From assembly GCA_048213135.1 (NCBI GenBank), contig PS015296.1, positions 73,073 to 137,072 of the forward strand: a DNA stretch of 64,000 nt, written 5' to 3'. How positions within the stretch are numbered: the first letter of the stretch is position 1; each line of letters starts with the position of its first letter. The notes under the pieces were generated by a model. The model ran no database searches, was not told the DNA's origin, and worked only from the letters and a program-made list of their open reading frames with translations. The DNA comes from Reclinomonas americana ATCC 50394. Taxonomy: Eukaryota. The position numbers and the translations under genes were made by a program. Shown in pieces: positions 37,327 through 51,700 of the stretch.

Positions 37327-39526
37327 TCATGCATACCACTGGTAGAGACATGCAGCCACCACCACGGCGGCGGCGCTGGCGACCAGACCAACCAGGCGCC
37401 TCCTCTTGGCCGGTATGAAGGGACGCTCAATCCTCAGCTTGCCGGACCACGGCACGCCTCCGCCTGCGGCAAGTTCAATCTTGTCGACCGACAGCTTCGA
37501 GTTTTGGAGTAGATCGCAAGAGAGCAGTCTGGGGCACTGGTGCAGCGTCTCGGCGATCAGCGGTGCACTGGCGTCGGTGAAACCGCAGTCTGTGTGTCAT
37601 TTCACGGACGACGTGAGGACTGGAGTGCCTCTCACAACACGTGCATACACGTCGTTCCTCGCTCAACCACGCAACTCGACAACGACAAGTGCTGCAGAGG
37701 TTGACGAGACACTCGCGCATTCTCTTGCACACCACGCAGCAGAAGCTCAGCTGTGCACGATATTCAGATCTCCGGCGAAACGCAGCGTTCGAAGACAACA
37801 CAGACGAACCACCAGTGTCGCCAATCTGCAACAGCGCGGCCAAGTTGTACATGTACAGCGGTGGCGAGGTCACGGAGAGCGATTGCAGTGTGCGCTCGGG
37901 ACGAGCAATGTACTCGGCCAGCGGTCGACTGGCGTCAGGCTCAATATTTGCGCACACCACCAGCTTCCGCAGTGGATGACATCTAGCCGTCAGTGCACCC
38001 GTCAACATCGCCATGCTGTCGCCCGTGCAGCCGAGTGGTGGCGCTTCCGTCGCACCGATTGCGCCCCACCAACCTTTCTCCTCTATCTTGAGGGAGGCGA
38101 GACACGAGCCCGAACTGAGAGCTTGACAAAACTTCTGCCAACGAGGTTGGCTCTCCCACAGTTGCGGCCGAGTCACTGCGTCGAGTGTGCGTGTGACGAC
38201 CAGTTCTTGCGGAAGCGAGCAGCGTGCATACACAGCGACGCAACTCTCGAGCGACAGCTTCTCCAGCTTGGGGCACACAGCAACGAGTCTACTTACGACT
38301 TCCAACTGCGGAGTCGAGTCTGCATGCGCTCGATGGTTGTCAATCACCGATCGGTGGTGCGACTGACGCGAAGATGATCATCGGCAGAAACGCACCATTC
38401 TCCAAACTTACTTGCAGACGGCGGAGATGCGGCATACCGACTGTAGCAGCACCGAAAAGTAGGGGCAGCTTGCGTGTTCCGTACAGCCGCAGGCACTCAA
38501 GCTGCTGGTGTCGTTCGAGAGCCCGCGCCGCCAGGCGCTGCTCCCGATCACTGTCAAAGAATACTTCTTCGTTGTCGCACAGTACATCTGCACGCGAAGC
38601 GACAGCGCCGAGATGAAACTCTCTCCTCCCATCACCATACAGTCACCACCACTCACGTTGCAGGTCGAGCACACGCAGCGTCGTGCTGGTTTGCATAAGG
38701 AACGGGTGAATGAGGTTCTCGTATGTGTAGCCGAGATTCCCTTCGTCGTCGTCGAACCACGACAACCGCACAGTGTGCAGCATCGGCAGCGACGCAATTG
38801 CCCGCAGCAGCTCCTGCGTACTGGTGGGGGTCTCGGGCGTGAACTGATCGACCTCGACCGTGCGCAGCCGTGGTGTCAACTCGGGCGACATGAGCCGGAA
38901 GAACTGCGCCACTGCCACCTCCGTGTCGGCCTCGACGTATGTGTTCGAGCTGGCCGTCGGTGTGGTGAGCGAGATGGGAGAGCAGAAAAGAAAGGGGCAT
39001 CGATCGCAACATGCGGATGAAATCCAAACGCGCCAGCAGCGCCCTGACGGCCTCGTCGGTCACATCCACCGACAACTGCTGCTCGGGTTCATGCGCCTCG
39101 TGGAGACGCAGAGCGTCGACTGTGAACGTGAGACTGAGTAATGGGCGATAGAGCAAGTGCGTGTGTGCGGGAACAGGCAAGGCGCACACTCGATCGCTCG
39201 CAGGTTTGGCAGCGCTCTGGCGATCCGGCTGAGATTCTTGGCCGAGTGCTGCTTGACACGTGTGATCGCCTGTCGTTGCAGCTGCCACCACGTTCTGTGT
39301 TCACACAATGCGTGAGCGGGAGCAACTCGATGCACCAAGAAGCGATGAATGTTATCTCTGCAGAGACCTGCACACGGTGCATTGTTGTCGCCAATCATCT
39401 TGATCGACAAAGCCGAGGATCACACGCCATACGCCCTGTGTGTTTTGCATCGGTGTTATCGCTTTGTGGAGCGCGGAGGAGCGATCAGATGCGTGCACAC
39501 ACCAACTCGGGGATCGCGTTGTGCAT
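37327..39526 (-). CDS. F-box + RNI-like LRR protein with C-terminal transmembrane tail, tandem copy C
   Basis: Same layout: MHNAIPEL|GVWRVILGFVDQDDWRQQCTVCR... Tail KRRRLVGLVASAAAVVVAACLYQWYA*. Confidence 0.72.
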
Positions 39527-39710
39527 TTGCTCGACGCGTGGTCGACGACACTGGTGATTCGTTTGGTGAAGCTATTCTTAGCAATCGTCAATGCGTGAGT
39601 CGCCACGTCGATATCGATCCGTACACACCAAATCCTTTTTCATAAACAAACAACAACAACAGCCACAAGAGCTGCATAAAAAAAGTAGCCCACCCTCTCG
39701 CTGTCGCTCT

Positions 39711-42700
39711 CTACACTCGGCTGCACAGCGCGGCCACACCACGCAGCGTCCAGTGATCCGGTGATTCGTCGGTGCGCAGCGTAACATCAAAGACGTAGTT
39801 GAGAGCGGTACGGCGCGGCAGACGGTAGCACGGGCACACGTACAGGCCCTGCATCGAGCCCGGCGGCGTGTTGACGGCCGTGACGTGCACCACTGGCAAC
39901 TCGCTGAAGAGCACCTGCACAATTGGAACAGCGGAGTTGAGCAAGAGAAATCATCAACACACGCACATGCACACAGTTCGGCAGGTGCGAGTTACCTTCG
40001 GCTGACTTTCCTCGAGCCTGCCGAGATTGCGATTCCATGCGGCGCCCTCCAAAAACAGACCATAAATGTACACACCATCGTCCGGAGCCGCGGACACACG
40101 TTCCAAGCCGTGTTTCAGCACCTGCACGCAATCAAAGAAATGTCAGCGCCATTGTCGTCGTTCCACCACGACCCCTGATCGCACGCAACGTCTGTCTTGA
40201 CGACGACGGCATCGAGAGCCCATCCCGAGTTCTTGCGTGTGGTCATTTGCTTGACTGCGGTGAGGAAACCTTGAGGATTGAAGAAGCCGGTGAGCCAGAA
40301 GGCCGACGGCTCGCCCTCCTCCAGCCACTTGCTGTACTGGCGACTGCGGCCGAGCACGTCGGAGAACCAGTAGCCGAGTGTCGGTGAGTCCCACGACACC
40401 TTGAGCCACTTGACCGGCACTCTTGCGTCGTACAGCGAGTTCAACGCATTCTGCAAATCTTGCGACATGATAATCGTGCCGGCAATGGCCAGCTTCAGAT
40501 CCTCCAGCGTCTTCTTGACCAGGCTCAGCACAATCTGAATTCGATCAATCTCCTGCGACAGGAAAATGTTCATCGGCGTCCAGCCACCGCGGCTCTCCAA
40601 CTGAACAACAACAAATAAAAGGGCAGTCAGCACACCGTCGTCCCTCCCATGCACGGAGCAAGACAAATGAGACGCAACAGTGCGACGGATTTCTGGCTTG
40701 CTGTAGTTTGGTGGGCACTTGGTCTGCAGATCGTCGGCGACTCGCAGCACTGCGACGAGAGAGGTGAGCCGAGAAGAAAGAAAACAACAACGTCCATGAA
40801 CAAAAAAACAGCAACGTACCGACAGTCTCACGGCTTTCGCCACCCGCACCAGCGCTGTCCTTTGGCTGCACGTCCATAATGGTGCCGAGAATGGTCTTGG
40901 CCTGCGGGAGCAAAGTGAGACTCTTGATGTACTCACACCCAGGTTCAACCAAAAATCAACAACAACAACGCAACAATGGAGGCATTAAAGGCCAATTCGG
41001 CGTTCGGGTGGAGACCCATCACCTCGGGTGTCTCCACAATGGGCAAGTTGCGAATGTGCTCCAAGTAGGCGGCAGCATTCGGCAAATCCGGCACGTTGTA
41101 GGTGCCGTAGAAGCGGAACGTATCCTGCGACGCAGCACGCACGTCAGCGCCGGAACAGCAACCAAGGATTAAAAGAAGTTGCGCAACATTGAACATGTCA
41201 GCCGTCAGCCACAGTGAGCCGTACGTGTTGAGCAGACGCTTGTCAAAGTCGTCGGTGATACGGCCTCCGTACTGCGAGCGACAGGTCAGCTACACACGCG
41301 CTACACACGACAGCGTGGCGACAAAAAATCGCCCTGCTCACCTGCACTTCACAAATCATGTACTGCACCGTCGTCCACGACACGCCCTTCTTCGGATCGA
41401 TCTGATACAAGTGGCTGCACACACAGAGGTAAGTTCCACCGTCCACGTGGCATCATTGCGTTCAGCCAGCCGCACGCAACTTGTTCAAGAACATCTCCGA
41501 CGCCACCAAGTCGGTCTGGTTGAACTCGTACTGAATGCACCAGCCGAGCGGACCGAACTTCTTGCGCTCAATGACTGTGCTGTGCAGGAAGCTACAGTCG
41601 AACACAAAACACACCACACATGAGATGACAATGAGCACCGCAATGACAACACACATGATTTCTCAACGCACCACAACGTGAACAGCATCGGTCGCCACTG
41701 CGGCTTATCGCACAGATCAAAGATGTTGTCGGTGGCAATCCAATCGTACGAGCGCGTCAGGCCGGCACGAATGCCTAGAGAGGGTGAGTGAGTGAGTGAA
41801 TGAGTGGTAGTCCAGCGCACACAGCAACGGGAGGTACCTTGCGGCGGCTCATTGGTCAACTTGATGCCCATTTGCAGCAAGTTGATCGGGAAGCGAGGTG
41901 TGGTCTGCGCGCACAACAACACACATCAATACAAGGCGAGGATGGACGGCCCCCTCAAAAAAACAGCAAGGGAGGCGACGCACATCGCAAGTGATCCAGA
42001 TGCGCATGTCGGGATTGACATCGGAGTCGTTCAACGACATGAGTTGCTCCTCCAGCTGGCCCAGGTAGCGGATACCCAAGTGGCAGTTTTGCAGCAGCAC
42101 CTGCACACGCCATTTTTGTGTCAGTCCACGCATGTACGCGCACAAGCTCTCGAAATACACTATTTTGTACGCACCCATCCGCCGTCTGCAATGGCCTGCG
42201 ACACGAACCTACACAACACGCACATGAGCAGCACGAATGTGACACAACAACCGGTAGAGCGCGGCGCAACTCTCGAGCAATGACTTCCTGGCCTTGACCC
42301 ATGGACACCATGTTGAGACGGATCTTGCGTTTCTGCGCCAGCTTCTCAATCGTCGAACTCGGGTCGGATCTGCGAAGAAGAACACCGAGCAGGTGTCAGC
42401 TCGGTCCAGATTGACACCACGAATCGACACAACTCACCCCATGGAGAGCAGACAAATGACTGGAATGTTCCACGAGGTCTCCTCCTCAAAGAGCTGCTCA
42501 AAGCTCGGCGAAATCGTGTCGACGAAACTACAACGACACGCGGGGAATGAGTGACACTATAGAGTGATGTACGAACTAGGCTTCTCTTTCTGCAAATGCT
42601 CACCGAGCACCCAGCGACTCCATGACGTACTGAGTCGCACACTGCGTCGTGCGATCCTCACGCCACGCGCGCACCAACAGCAGCTTCTTGAACGTGTCCA

Positions 42701-45700
42701 GTCGCTGCAACAATGCCCGCTCACTTGGTAAGTACCACTACCCACCACCAGCAGCAGCAATGTCACCAAATGACGCAACGTCGCTGTAGCCGTCAGGCAC
42801 AGGCTCATTCTCCGGCTGCTCCGAGTCGTACCACGCCTTCCAACCGACCTCATTGATGGCCAGCTGATCCAACAACGGCGAGAACACCGGCAACTCGGTC
42901 GTCAGTGCAATCAAGTTCAGCCACGCGCCGTCGGGAATCCACGAGAACATCTTCTTGCGCACGCCGTTCGGGTCGAGGGCACCGCCTGCGCAAAACAAAG
43001 ACACAAGTGAGTGGCGCGATTGAACTGAGCTGGGCTGTGCTTCTTCCTTCGTGCCACGAACCGCCACGCAGCAGGTTGCGGAACTCGGAGGCGTTGACAC
43101 GACCGGCGTTGACGTCGAGCTTCAGCGCCAGCAGCAGGCGGTACATGGGCTTGTGCACCTCGTACAGACCGCGCTGGATGAACTTGTACACGTGGAAAGT
43201 GGCGTAGTTGATGACGTTCTTGATGCGTTCACCCTGCGCGATTCGACCCGGGTCAGTAAAAAACAGCACGCAAAGAGAAACAACAGTCCACGCACCGTCA
43301 TGTCCGCACGTGCGGCGTGGTCGATCGAGTAGATGAAGAGACCCAGGAACTGGGCGAGCGACGTCGAGTACATGCAGTTGACCAGCGACAGCTCGGTGAT
43401 GACAAAGTACAGAATGGAGCCACGGTTGGCCACCGGACGGAATTCCTCTCGTGCCAACGTGATGCTCTCCTCCGTCTTTTGCGCAATGGCGAGCTTCTCG
43501 TCGGCCTCCTTGGCGGTGATCTTGGTTTGAGCAAGCATGCGAATCAGGCCGTCGTCATCGACCAGGTTGCCGGTGGTGTTGGCCAGTCTTTGCAACAGGT
43601 CGTTCTGCGCGCGCATTTCCGTCAGCATCCATGGAGAGAGACAGGGATGGGAATTGGGTATGAGAGGAAGACAGAGAGAGAGTGTGTGTAGACAGAGAAA
43701 TACACACAAACAGAGCGGCGAGACACCCACACGCAGTCACACACAAATACACACACAGAATTCCCCCCGCTACAAACCTCGCACTTGGAGATCTTCTTCT
43801 TGTTCTCAGTGATTTCCTCCATCAGCTTCTTACGCTCCTCTTCCAGCTCGCTCTTCTCCTTCAGAATCACAATGCCGAGCAGCTGGTCCTCGAGACCTGC
43901 GAGGAGGAAAGACAGATCGAGTGAGTTCACAAACAATATCACCAATCAAGCAATCCAACAAGCAACGCACCCTTCAGCGTCACAGTGAAATCGATAATCG
44001 ACACCTTGGCGTAGGTTTCGGGCGTAAAGTTCGGGTTCGGCAGCTTGGTCGTGAGGAACAGGTTGAAACCGTCCGACACATCCAACTCCTTGTCGCCGAG
44101 CTTGACCTTGAAGCCACGCGAGCCAGACTTGACAAACTGCTTCTCCAGCACAGGATCGAGCACAGGGTCGAGCTCCTCGCCGACATCCTCAATCAGCAGC
44201 GGATGGCCCAACTGCAGAGGCGGACAGGAGTCAAAAAAACTCGTCCTTCTCTTCCAATCCCTCCAACACAAACACACACCTGCAAGGCATCTTCCAAATG
44301 CTGGCGGAAAGCACGGTGATTGAGCGTTGTCGTCACCAACTCGGCCTTCTCGCCACGCTTCCTCAGCCAGTTCTTGCCTTGTCCTTGCGGATCAATGAGC
44401 AGCGGGTAGCGAGTCGATGTCGTCACAATGATGCCATTCTGAATCGACAAATCGTCTGTCGGCAGCTCCTCCAGATTCCACTCGCCAATCGTGGCCTCGT
44501 CGGCGAGGAAGCGCGTGAGGTTGATGTCTCGCGAGTACGGAATCTGCTTCTGCGTCAACGACGGAATCCAGTACTGCGTGAGCAGCGTGTCACGGAATTC
44601 CTGATTGAAGGGGCCCGAGTAGGAGAGGAAACCGCAGGCCAACGCCACATCGCCAGTGAGGCGACGAATGCGATCGTCGAACTCCTTGCTCTGCTGCGTC
44701 CAGCGCACACGCTCGCCCTCCAGACCGGAGATGAGTGCCTCGGCGGCCGCCAAACGGCGCTTCGTCATGTCGGCATCCTGCGCGACAAAGACACGCAAGA
44801 GATGAGCATTCATGTACACACACGTGACGATGACACCAAGGGAGGCTCCGGACGCACCTCCTCCAGTCGCTGCTTCTCCATCATGGCGCGGTCAAAGTTG
44901 GCCTGCATAATGTCCAGCTCGCGCTGCTTCTCGTCGAGCTCTGCCTGCGCAGCACGCAGCTCGCGCATGGCAATGTCGAGCGACGCCTGCGCCTCCATCA
45001 GACGCATCTTCTTGGGCGCGACAAACTTGGCCACCTGCACCACACGTTCAGTCAGTCAAAAATCGAAGAAAGAAAAAACACACACACGAGTGGCTGCGTG
45101 CACACACACACCTCATGATACATGACCATGGCCTTGGTCCACGTGCAGAGACCGCCGACGGAACCAGAAGCCTTCTTGGCCATCTCCAGGGTGTAATCCT
45201 CGGGCGCAAAGTACGGCTCCAGCAGCTCGCACGTTTCGTCGTTGATACCGTCACGCGGGAAGGTGAGCAGCGAGTTCAAGAACGACGAGCGTCCCATACA
45301 CAACACCGACTGATCCCACGACGGGTCGAACACGTCGCTGCGTTGTGGTTGTGCTGGATCCGGCGCAGCCGCTCGCACCGGCTCCTGCATGAGGATGAGC
45401 ACGGCATCCATGAGACGCTTGATGAGCTGCGGCGGCTTGCCCAGCGCCTTCAGATTGGTGATATCCTTGGCTGAGATGGACGACAACGCCTCCTCGGCAG
45501 CCTCCAGAGCCGGGCGCGCGGCCTCGAGATCATTCTCGGCCTCACGCGCCTGTGCCTCAATGACCGAGGCCTTGGCTTCGAGTTCCACCTTGACCGACTC
45601 GACCTCGTTCTTCTTCTTCTCGGCCACTGTTCGCGACGCCGTGATTTCCTTGAGCATTTCAGCACTGCGCGCCTGCGCCAACGCCAGCTCCTTCTCCTTG

Positions 45701-48700
45701 TCGACAAGTTTCACCTGGTAGAGGGGAAAGAAGGTCAGGTCAGCACCGTGTGTGCGCGTGAAAAGAGACTCTCCGTACCTTCATCTCGGCGACTTGCACA
45801 CCAGCGTCCTTGAGCTTCTGCAGACCGCCCTTGATGCGATCGGCCAGCTCCTTAATGCCAAAGTGCTTCTCCTGATACACCTTCTTGTAGTTGTCGATGA
45901 ACGACAAGTACGACTTGGGCGTGACGTAGGTGCGGCGGCGGTACTTGGCAAAGTACACATTGGTCAAATTGTTGACCTCCTCGTGCACTCCGCAAATGTG
46001 CTCGATCAAATGCTGGTGCGTGGCCGCATCGGCGACAATCTCAAAGTCGCTGAGGAAGCGGTCGGCCACAGCGTGCAGCGCATTGCGCGGCCACGGGGTG
46101 AACCAATCAATGGTGCACCCGGACACAAGACCCGGGAACTTGCGTGAACGCACGCGGAACTTTTCACCGACCTGTGCGGGAGGGAGAGGGAGAGGGAGAG
46201 GGAGAGGGAGAGGGAGAGGGAGAGGGAGGTGAGTATAATAAGGGAGGAAAACACACAATACGCACTACAGCAAGACTCTCTCTCTCCTCTCTCTCTCTGT
46301 CTTCCCACACGCTTTCTGTCTCACTTTCCCACACGCTCTCTCTGTCTCACTTTCCCCCACGCTCTCGCTCTCTCGTACACACAAACATGCGTACGCAACA
46401 GGCGAGAAGCACAGCACGACGTGCAGGCGAGCACGCACGCGCTGGATAAAGAACTTGTACAGGTTCTCCGGCGTGTCCTCAAAGTAGCGATCTTGCTTCT
46501 TTGCAATCACACGCAGCTCCTCCATCAGCTGCTCCAGTTCGTCCTTCGGGAACAGACCGGGAATTTCACCAGAGCACAAAATCATGTTGATGTACTCGAG
46601 GAAGCCTGTCGGGAAGCAATGGAATCAGTCGCACAGCAATAATGTGGAACTCAAGAAGCAGGAATCGCTTGCCCAACCTTCCTCCTTGATCTCATTGTCC
46701 GTAAAGATAAACACCATCGGCGAGCTGACGGCGGCGTTGCGGTACAGCGCCTTCAGGTCGTCCATAAAGTTGTTCATGCCATAGCCCTTGACCAGTTGGA
46801 CCTGTCATCATCACACCAGCAGGATTAGCACCAACAGCAAGCAACGACAACGAAGACGGAATAAAGACAACATTGTCGCACCTGGTACGGCTCACAGTTG
46901 GCAATAAATGCCGCCAAGCGAGTCAGCGACTGCTTGCCGGAACCACCGACACCGACCAGCAACGCGTTGCCGCCCGGCATGGTCACGATACGCGAAATGC
47001 GCATCAAGTGATGCATGGCGAACTCGAAGAGCACCAGATGCATCTGCGAGCGACGGTACTTTTCGTTGTACAAGCCTGCACCACATCGGCATCGTCAGCT
47101 ACAACCGAGCAAACACACACACTCCTCAACAAACACACAAACCAATGTAGTAGTCGAGGCGATCGTTGAGGTGCTGGTACGACTTGATGGGCTCGTAAAA
47201 GTACTCAATGGGCTCGTTCTCGTCGGCCGGTGGCGGGTACTCGTCGTCGTCGCGCAGGAAATTGACAAAGTAGCGTGGGTTCATGGCCACCTCGGCCAGT
47301 GCGTCACCCATTTCGCTGGCCACCACCGTGCGCGTCGTGTCCGTGAACCACTGCACGTCTTCCGCCGAAATGAACTTGTCCGGCAGCACACGGTCGCACT
47401 CGTGCTTCCACAGGCACAGCACCACGTCGGCGTCGTTGAGAGCCTTGGGCACGGCGCGGAGCAGGCCTTGGAAGATGCGACTCAAGTCACGCAAGTTGAA
47501 AATATAGTGGAACTTGGCCGGTGTCGGCAGCATCTTGACCTTGGTCTTCTCCCACAACAGGCGCGTCATGCGCGGGAAGTGGCTGGCGCGCTCCACCACG
47601 GCCGCCGAGAAGCCGCGCTCCTTGCAGAAGTGACCGCAGCAGATCTTGCCGTAAATGGCCTCCACCGAGGTGGTCGAAGGCAGAGTGACGTTGAAGACGG
47701 CAAAGTGGCGCTTGAGACGCGACGGAATGTCGTTCTTGCCACCACCAGGCTGATTCATGGCCGCCACGTACTTGCAGTCCTGAATGACCAGGCGCTCGCC
47801 GGGCTTGTCCAAATTGTAAATCTCACCGTCCTCCACCAGCTGGCGGGTGAGCTCGTTTGTCACTTGGTCACCCCACTCGTTGATCTCGGGCATGTTGATG
47901 TCGTCGATAAAGATGATCATCGTGGTGCCGACTGGCGGACCGTACTTGTTCTGCAGGCGCTTCTCGACGGAAGACTCGAGCGTGCGTTGCAAAATGTAGG
48001 GCGTGGTGGCACTGGAGAATGACATGGCCTTGTTCTTGACCTGCGTGCAAGAATGTCAGTAATGGGAAACGGAGAAGAGAAGAGAAGGGAGGGAGAAAAG
48101 GAAAGACAACCGAGGAAGAAGAGAGAGGAAGGCAGTGCAAGACAAAGAAAGAGGGAAAGAGGAGGGGGAGGAGAGAGGGAAAGAATGTGTGTGCGCGCGT
48201 GCGAGTATTTGACAAACCTTGTCCGGAGGCATCTTGAGAATGTACTGCTGGAGTGTTACAGTCTTGGCCGTACCGCTTTCTCCAATGAGAAGCACCGGCA
48301 GCGACTGCTTGACAATGTTGTTGACGAGGAAGTCGCAGCGCACATTGTCGACAGTGGGCACCAAAATCGACGCAAACGGCGGCGTCTTGTCCTTCGGGTA
48401 CTCCCACTGCGGCACACGCTCGCGCCAGTGCTGCCACTCGCCACTCTCCGGGTTCACCATGTACTCGTACACCTGCGTGAGTGGCACGTGAGAAATCAAG
48501 ATACGATGCAAGCGACAAGCGCAATAACCACACACACACACGAACCGATTCGCCGGTGGCGGCATCGGGGACGGTGAGGCCACCCGTATCGCGCAGCCAG
48601 TTGTGGACCTTGAGGCGGTCGGGCAACTCGAGCACGCCGCCCAGACTCCAAATGAAGGCAAACACAAAGTAGCGCTCAATGACGGTGGGGTTGAGGGCTT

Positions 48701-51700
48701 CGGGGCGCTGCTGCTTTGGTGGCAGCAAACCATTCAGCAGCTTCAGCGCCGTGCTGACCAGACACACGTCGTAAATCGACATCTTGCCATCGCACTGTGC
48801 GCGATAGAACTCCAGGAAGCCGCCGACGTTCTTGAGGAAGAGACGCCGCAACACTTCCGCGTCCTCTTGCGGACGGTGCAGGTGATCCGAGTCGGGGTCG
48901 TTCTCGGCCACGACCTTCACCCACGCCTCCACCACCGGCTCCCAGCCGAGCGCGCTCGGTCCCATGTACACCATACCCATGCGCGACACCGTGGCCGGCG
49001 ACGCGTTATCCAGGTTGCCCACCTCAAACAACAGCTTGAGCGTGGCAGGCATGCCTACACGCACGCACGCACAACGAAGGGGGGTGAGAGGGATGAGAGG
49101 GTTGCACTCACAGAAGAGGAAAGCAACAAACCGATGCGATCGCCATTGGCGAGGGTCAGTGTCTTGGTGTCGTCGAGCACCGTGTTGAGATTCTCAATCC
49201 ACACGGCATCGACAGGGCCGTCGAGAATGATCCAGCTGTGGCCGACCTTGCTTTCGCAACCCTTGCGCCACAGCGACGAGAAGATACCGTCGGTCCAGTC
49301 GTTGGTGGCCGCATCGAGGCGACCAAACATCTGGGTGGCGGTGATGGCCTTCGGGTTCATGCGGCGCACCGAAATCGGCACCTCCGTCTCCGACAGTGCC
49401 TTGGCCAGCACATCGAACAGTGTGCTCTTGCCGGCACCACTGGGTCCCATGAGGCACAGGCCGTGGCGCACACGCCACTGCTCGAACATTTGCACAATCT
49501 TCAGGTTCCAGCCCGGATGGTTGATGAGCTTGAGGTTCCCTGCGTACTTAGCAATGGCGGCCTGCAGCTCTCCATACTCTTGGCGCTCCACCTGCAATCG
49601 ACAGCGAGGTTAAATGAGTACGAAAGAATGAGTGGTGGTGCTGGTGGCGGAGCGACGCAACGATAATGCCCGGGAACAGATCCTCAATGAGCGAGTAGAA
49701 CAGCGGCTCGTCCTCCTCGACCAGCTTCGAGATGTTCATGTCACGCAGCACACGCATGAGAATCATGGTCTCGGAGTGCGTCGGGTTCTCACGCTTGGTG
49801 GCGCCGGCGGTACGGAGCACCGACAGAATGTTGCGCAAGCCGAAATCGTAGTGAGTCTGCTTCGACAGCTGCTCCTCGCACAGGCGGTAGAGGATGAAGA
49901 ACTTCTTGGAGAGGCGCGCATTGTCCTGGAAACCGGAGGCGGCCAGACGCACACGCATGATAATCTGACGATCGGGGACGACCACAGCAATCGTGCTGCA
50001 GGCAAAAAACGGAAGGGTCAGGAAAAATATCACGCACGAGAAGTGCCGGTGAGTCAATGAACAAGGTCCGTACCGGAAAAGCGCCTTCATGTTCTCCGGC
50101 AGCTCGGTACGACCGGCGTAACCGGGGTTCATGGTGATGAACAGACTGCTGCCCTTGTCCAGCGGGATGACAGAGCCGTCGGTGAAGCGGAACTTGTCAG
50201 CCTTTTCGCTGTGGTACGAAGCATGGATCTTGGTGAGGAGGGCGGAAGAAAGTGTGGGTGGTGGGCGGTAGCCGACAACTCACCGGTGGGCCTGGAAGAA
50301 GCACTGAATTTGCGCAGCGACGACACTGAGCACTTCCAGTTCGACACGGTTGACCTCGTCGAAACCGCACCAGCATCCACTTTGAGCAATGCCCTGTGCA
50401 GCAGATGAAGGGAGAGAGAGAGAGAGAGAGGAGGAGGAGGGAGAGCAGAGCGGAAAGCAAAGACAGAGGAGAGAGAGACTGAGTATCAAAACGAGAAAGT
50501 GTCGTCAAGTGACAAGCGTGATTACCTTGAAGAGCTTGCCCATGGCACGGAAATCCATTTGATCGGAGCAGTTGATGGTGATAAAGTACTTGCCCACTGT
50601 ACGACCCATATCCTGCAGAGCACACACGTGCAGCCGTTTAGCGAAAAAATACAAGCGGCCTTGGGTGGAGTGTGTCTCTCACCTTGGTTGTCTCGGTCTT
50701 GCCCGTTCCGGCGGGACCGGCTGGCGCACCACCAAAGTACATGCCCATGGCTTGAGCGCAGGAAATGTAGATACGATCTGCGTCGGACAAGTGCGTTAGC
50801 CACACCGCAACAAAAAAGGCACTAATTGGCTGCTCTCCACCCCACACGCGTACCAGTGAGCGGCGTAATCACAAGACGCTCCGTGCAACCGAGATACTCG
50901 AAGCAATACTCAAAGTCGACATCGGTGACAGAGATGCGGCACACATCCTCCTCGAACTTCCAGTAGAAGCGCGTCTGCTTCAGCCACTCAAAGTCGTTTG
51001 CCGCCTTGATGCGCTTCTTGACCATGTAGGCGAAGATATCCACCTGTGCAAAGGAGCACAGTCGTAAGCATCACTTACTACAAATAAAATATGGAATCAC
51101 AAGCAAGCAAGCAAACCTGATGAATGTGAATGGTGATGAGCGTCTCGACCTTGGTACGATCGGCACGCGACAAGTCGAGTGTCGTCATGTCGATGAGACC
51201 GGCGAGCAGGTCGTAGAACTTGCGGTTGGCCGTGTTCATGGCACCACGCTCCGCGCGAGCGCGCTCCAGCGCACTCTCCGCATCGAGCGTCCACAGCAGC
51301 TGCAGACCGAGCAGCGCCACCTGAGCCGGATACATGTTGACGAATTCCTGCAGCTTCTCCTTGCTGGCCGACTCGAGCATCTCGCCGACACGGGCGGCCA
51401 TGTCGCGACTGACATCCTTCATGGCCGTCTGCATGGCCACAACGAAGCGGTTGAGCCAGTCCTCAATGTTGCCCTCGGCAATGCACGTCTCCTACAACGC
51501 ACCAACCGACAATCAGCAACAGAAAGAAGTGTGGATAAGGGAAAGGAGGCTTTGTGTCACGCAACGCTGAGTGGAATGTGCTCCTTCTCGGCCGAGAAGA
51601 GACCCTTGATGTGCGTGCGCTTGACCTTGTCGAACTCGGCCAAGTACACACTGGAGGTGATGGAGAGCAAGTGGCTCTGAATGGTGTGCGGATCGGAGCC

